Notes under the pieces: generated by a model
What the model was told of the DNA's origin: nothing
Databases searched by the model: none
The model's input: only the letters and a program-made list of their open reading frames with translations
Shown: piece after piece, positions 60,460 to 64,000 of the stretch
Numbering within the stretch: the first letter of the stretch is position 1
Layout: every line of letters starts with the position of its first letter
Source: Macrostomum hystrix
Lineage: Eukaryota > Animalia > Platyhelminthes
DNA: 64,000 nt
Direction of reading: 5' to 3'
Assembly: GCA_950097015.1 (NCBI GenBank)
Contig: CATNEN010000039.1
Span: 4,836,001 to 4,900,000 of the forward strand
Translations under genes and position numbers: made by a program

Positions 60460-60907
60460 TCATCAATTCTAACTTGGCCTCTTCCTCCTGGCCGATAGGC
60501 TTAAACTTTATCTTCAGTTCTCTAATAACATCTGCAAAAGGCGCAGAGCTTGGTAGACTCAAATTCATGAATACTTTGTAAGCGTCTTCTTCAAGAAGCG
60601 AAAGTAACTGGTAAGTCTTAGTGGAATTATCGATGCCATTTCCTTGGCAATAATTTTCGAATATCCTAAGAAATAGTTCGAAGTCGCCGCCTACCCTGTA
60701 TGGCTTGGGCTTAGCTAGGTGGCTGTTAGACTTAAAGATTACTTTAGGCTCTGGAGTGTCAGTTGTCATTCTTCTAATTCTTTCTTCCAGCTCAGTGATA
60801 ACTGTCCTAAGATGCTCTTTCTCATCGTCTACAAGTACATTTTCAGCTCCTACCGCCATTGCGGCGTCCTGTTGGTCTCCGTCCAAGGACATAATAAAGG
60901 TCAACAA
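60460..60907 (-). CDS. gag: Gypsy gag, 5' half (interrupted by the Polinton)
   Basis: KPKPYRVGGDFELFLRIFENYC...LLSLL...LKIKF; fuses in frame with 44385-45154. Confidence 0.9.
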
Positions 60908-61310
60908 TAATGTACACCAAAATAAACAGGCAGGCTCTCTCGCAATAATTAATTTGGGGTAGAAAAATCTCTTATCTGGCTGGCCAATGAATGTACACTC
61001 TCTCCCTGGCTGATTCCTATTCTATCTCTCACCCAGATGCTACAAGCGGAATTACGTCACTTGCGAACTGGTAAAAGTCCTACGGGTCAAAATAATAAGG
61101 TGACAAGCGGCAACCACCTCACTTGTCTGCCGGGCAGGGACTGGGTAATTCCAACTAAAGGGCTGTACTGTATATGTACTCTTACAGTATATGTATTAAT
61201 ACAGTAGTGCACGCCTACTGGGGCAATAAATTTTAGTCCTTAAATGGCCTAAAATCTTGCTCACTTAGAGCGCCTACCCGATAATCTGCGCCTCCTGCTA
61301 ACTATTGGAT

Positions 61311-61324
61311 CACCAGGGGCTCCA
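61311..61324 (-). promoter_or_regulatory. Primer binding site (TGGAGCCCCTGGTG)
   Basis: Starts with TGG 2 nt after the LTR terminal CA; cognate tRNA not identified. Confidence 0.75.
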
Positions 61325-61326
61325 AT

Positions 61327-62440
61327 TGTAATAAAATGAATGTCCTAGCTGGAGCGTGAGGAATTTAAAGCTAGCGACTATTCACTATTCACCGCGGGGT
61401 CGGTGTCCTACCAATCGGTTCAATAGCAGCAGGGAATCTGGAATTAAATAGCGTTAGAGACTGGTAGCGAGCGAAGTGGAATAGATAAGCGATGAGATCC
61501 GTGTGTCGTCCTCCGGCCCGGCGAAACTCCCAATGAAAAAGAAATAACACAGTGTGAACACAAGACTCGAATAATTTGATTAGAAGTGATTTGATCAGCT
61601 GTGACTCAGATACGAATAGGAATTACTTTGAATATAGTTTACTTGACTTAAAAGTTATACTGACAGAATAGATGTTCGCACAGAGATAAATTATAGCGCG
61701 CTCACAGTGAGAAGCAAGTCTGGTCTAACAATTTGGATATAACAATTTTACTTAACTGGCCTACATCCGCGCCCTACTCTTCCCGAGAGGCTCCGGTTGT
61801 CTCTGCTTTCAGCGCTGCCCCGACAGATCCTATCGGTTGGCATTGGCACTCCTTCTGCCTGACGGCGGAGTCTCCGAAGAGAGCACGTACTGACTTCGAC
61901 AACAAGCGCCTATCTAGACCACCCTTGTCAGCGGCGCACTCTCAAGACGCGTAGCGCCGAAAGCTACCTAACTGAACAAGCGGAGTGTGGTCGGGCGGGG
62001 AGGGACAAAACAAGTGGACTAGTTGCACGTGCTTCTCACAGTGTGAGGCGAATTGCGGAGAAAAAGAGAGAAAGATAATTTGGACTTCAAAAACACGCTT
62101 CGTTATATAGAGTCATTTTAACGCCAAATTAGGTCGATCGGCGAGGTGGATGCCTGGCTGTAGCTTGAGCCAAGGCGACAAATCGCAGTAGACTTGCGAC
62201 CGCCGTTCTGAGCCCCGGGGTCGCTTCTTGCCGAGGGTAGACAGGTAGTGAGGCCGGGTCGCTCGCTGATTGGTCGGGACCGTAGCCCAGGGGTAGCGCT
62301 CGCGGGGTGGTGGGCGTCCGTTCCCCCAGCTGGTCCGGCCCGGCTTGGCGTGGATGAACTCTTAGCAAAATACACGTGTCTAAAAATAAGTATTGAATAA
62401 TAACACGGGGAGATAGAAGGGCAAACAAGCTGACACTACA
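61327..62440 (-). repeat. 5' LTR, intact, 1114 bp (TGTAGTG...TTACA)
   Basis: TG/CA ends; matches the middle LTR apart from a few substitutions and small indels. Confidence 0.92.
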
Positions 62441-62444
62441 CTAG

Positions 62445-62728
62445 ACCCGCAGCAAGCGTGGAGGCAATTCTGCCCATTTCGCTGACTCTTGAGCACACGC
62501 GCACACAGAATTATACTGTACGCAAGCACACGCTTACACAGGTGTGTACATCTGCCCTGACTATCCCATCGTCAGGCAGTGTACACTCTCACTGCACCTT
62601 GGAGGTTGGCCCTCAAGGGCCTAAATTGCACGGCTTCGTCCAAAATGAATGTGGCCTCGCCGCTGAATCGAACTCAGGCACCTTGGTATGAGAGGCCAAC
62701 GTGTTAACCGCTCTGCCACTCACCCCTT
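62445..62728 (-). mobile_element. SINE family B, target of the Gypsy insertion
   Basis: tRNA-like head at ~62660-62728; body continues at 33212 and below. Confidence 0.7.
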
Positions 62729-62730
62729 AG

Positions 62731-63054
62731 GTGCTCCTGTTGCTGAAATTTATCCTGAAATCAGCGACAATCATTATCTTGATCGTCCAACCTTTCAACT
62801 TCAGATCGACGAGTGTCTGGAGAAGAAATTCAGCACTTCACGGGGCAACGCGCAGCACATCGCCGAGGTTCTGGTGGACACGGTGGCCCAGTTTGACGCC
62901 AAAGTCGAGCACCTGGTCCGGGCAGATATGCGGCGGGCAGACGACGGCTTTGTCGTCTTCCTTGAGCGACGCCGTCTGGGTGGCCCCACGTCAATTGATG
63001 GAGACAGACGCGGCGAAGACCTGGAAGAAGTTGAGGGTCAGCTGCGCGTTGGCT
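62731..63054 (+). CDS. Internal exon of an unidentified host gene
   Basis: CCCCTTAG acceptor, GC-rich open frame (APVAEIYPEIS...EGQLRVG), GTGAGC donor. Confidence 0.45.
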
Positions 63055-63235
63055 GTGAGCTCCTTGTACTTCTGCTGATTTCCCTTTCTGTGTCTGTGGA
63101 CACAGAGATAAAAAGGACCTTAAAAATAGGCTGATGCCGGTGTTAATACATCAAAGCCTTATTTGCGATACCTTATTGCGATTTGCTTAGACGAGTGGTG
63201 ATTCTCACATCTGTTGCCAAGTTAGGAATATTAAC

Positions 63236-64000
63236 AGTGTTTTTTATCTGTCTCAGGTGTTGAGGATTGTTCCATCGGCTCCAATAGACCGGGCGGCTAC
63301 GCCAGTCCCTGTGTTTTTTATCTGTCTCAGGTGTTGAGGATTGTTCCATCGGCTCCAATAGACCGGGCGGCTACGCCAGTCCCTGTGTTTTTTATCTGTC
63401 TCAGGTGTTGAGGATTGTTCCATCGGCTCCAATAGACCGAGCGGCTACGCCAGTCCCTGTGTTTTTTATCTGTCTCAGGTGTTGAGGATTGTTCCATCGG
63501 CTCCAATAGACCGGGCGGCTACGCCAGTCCCTGTGTTTTTTATCTGTCTCAGGTGTTGAGGATTGTTCCATCGGCTCCAATAGACCGGGCGGCTACGCCA
63601 GTCCCTGTGTTTTTTATCTGTCTCAGGTGTTGAGGATTGTTCCATCGGCTCCAATAGACCGGGCGGCTACGCCAGTCCCTGTGTTTTTTATCTGTCTCAG
63701 GTGTTGAGGATTGTTCCATCGGCTCCAATAGACCGGGCGGCTACGCCAGTCCCTGTGTTTTTTATCTGTCTCAGGTGTTGAGGATTGTTCCATCGGCTCC
63801 AATAGACCGGGCGGCTACGCCAGTCCCTGTGTTTTTTATCTGTCTCAGGTGTTGAGGATTGTTCCATCGGCTCCAATAGACCGAGCGGCTACGCCAGTCC
63901 CTGTGTTTTTTATCTGTCTCAGGTGTTGAGGATTGTTCCATCGGCTCCAATAGACCGGGCGGCTACGCCAGTCCCTGTGTTTTTTATCTGTCTCAGGTGT
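63236..64000. repeat. 74-bp tandem repeat (more than 10 copies, runs off the window end)
   Basis: TTTTTTATCTGTCTCAGGTGTTGAGG...CCAGTCCCTGTG; nearly identical copies. Confidence 0.95.

Larger units (their letters stand above)
33217..62440 (-). mobile_element. Composite Ty3/Gypsy LTR retrotransposon array with nested Polinton, Helitron and MITE
   Basis: TG...CA outer termini; 4-bp TSD CTAG at 33213-33216 and 62441-62444; removing the complex rejoins a family-B SINE (GCGGGTCTAG|TGTCACC). Confidence 0.9.

Overview
Eukaryotic (animal) genomic DNA. GC-rich exons, short GT-AG introns and minisatellite-filled introns suggest an invertebrate such as a free-living flatworm (inference only). The first ~33 kb is host genes mixed with SINEs, MITEs, LINE fragments and minisatellites: NTF2, a BEN-domain gene, an FkbM-family methyltransferase, a FUBP/PSI-type KH gene, MOB2 and the start of an unidentified gene. 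33217-62440 is one nested mobile-element complex flanked by a CTAG target-site duplication (TSD), inserted into a SINE that probably lies in a host intron. Its backbone is a minus-strand Ty3/Gypsy LTR retrotransposon. The gag gene is split by a near-complete 15.3-kb Polinton/Maverick (adintovirus-like) element at 45161-60459 with AGTAGT termini and a TCATCA TSD; it encodes INT, pPolB, protease, ATPase, major and minor capsid, PLA2 and a pX-like protein. The middle LTR holds a Helitron, which holds a hAT MITE. A partial tandem copy of the Gypsy retains the same Polinton junction. The most unusual observation is a cold-shock (CSD) RNA-binding domain, partly missed by the ORF track, at the N-terminus of the Gypsy Pol frame, just after the Gag zinc knuckle and a UUUAAAC slippery site with a possible pseudoknot.
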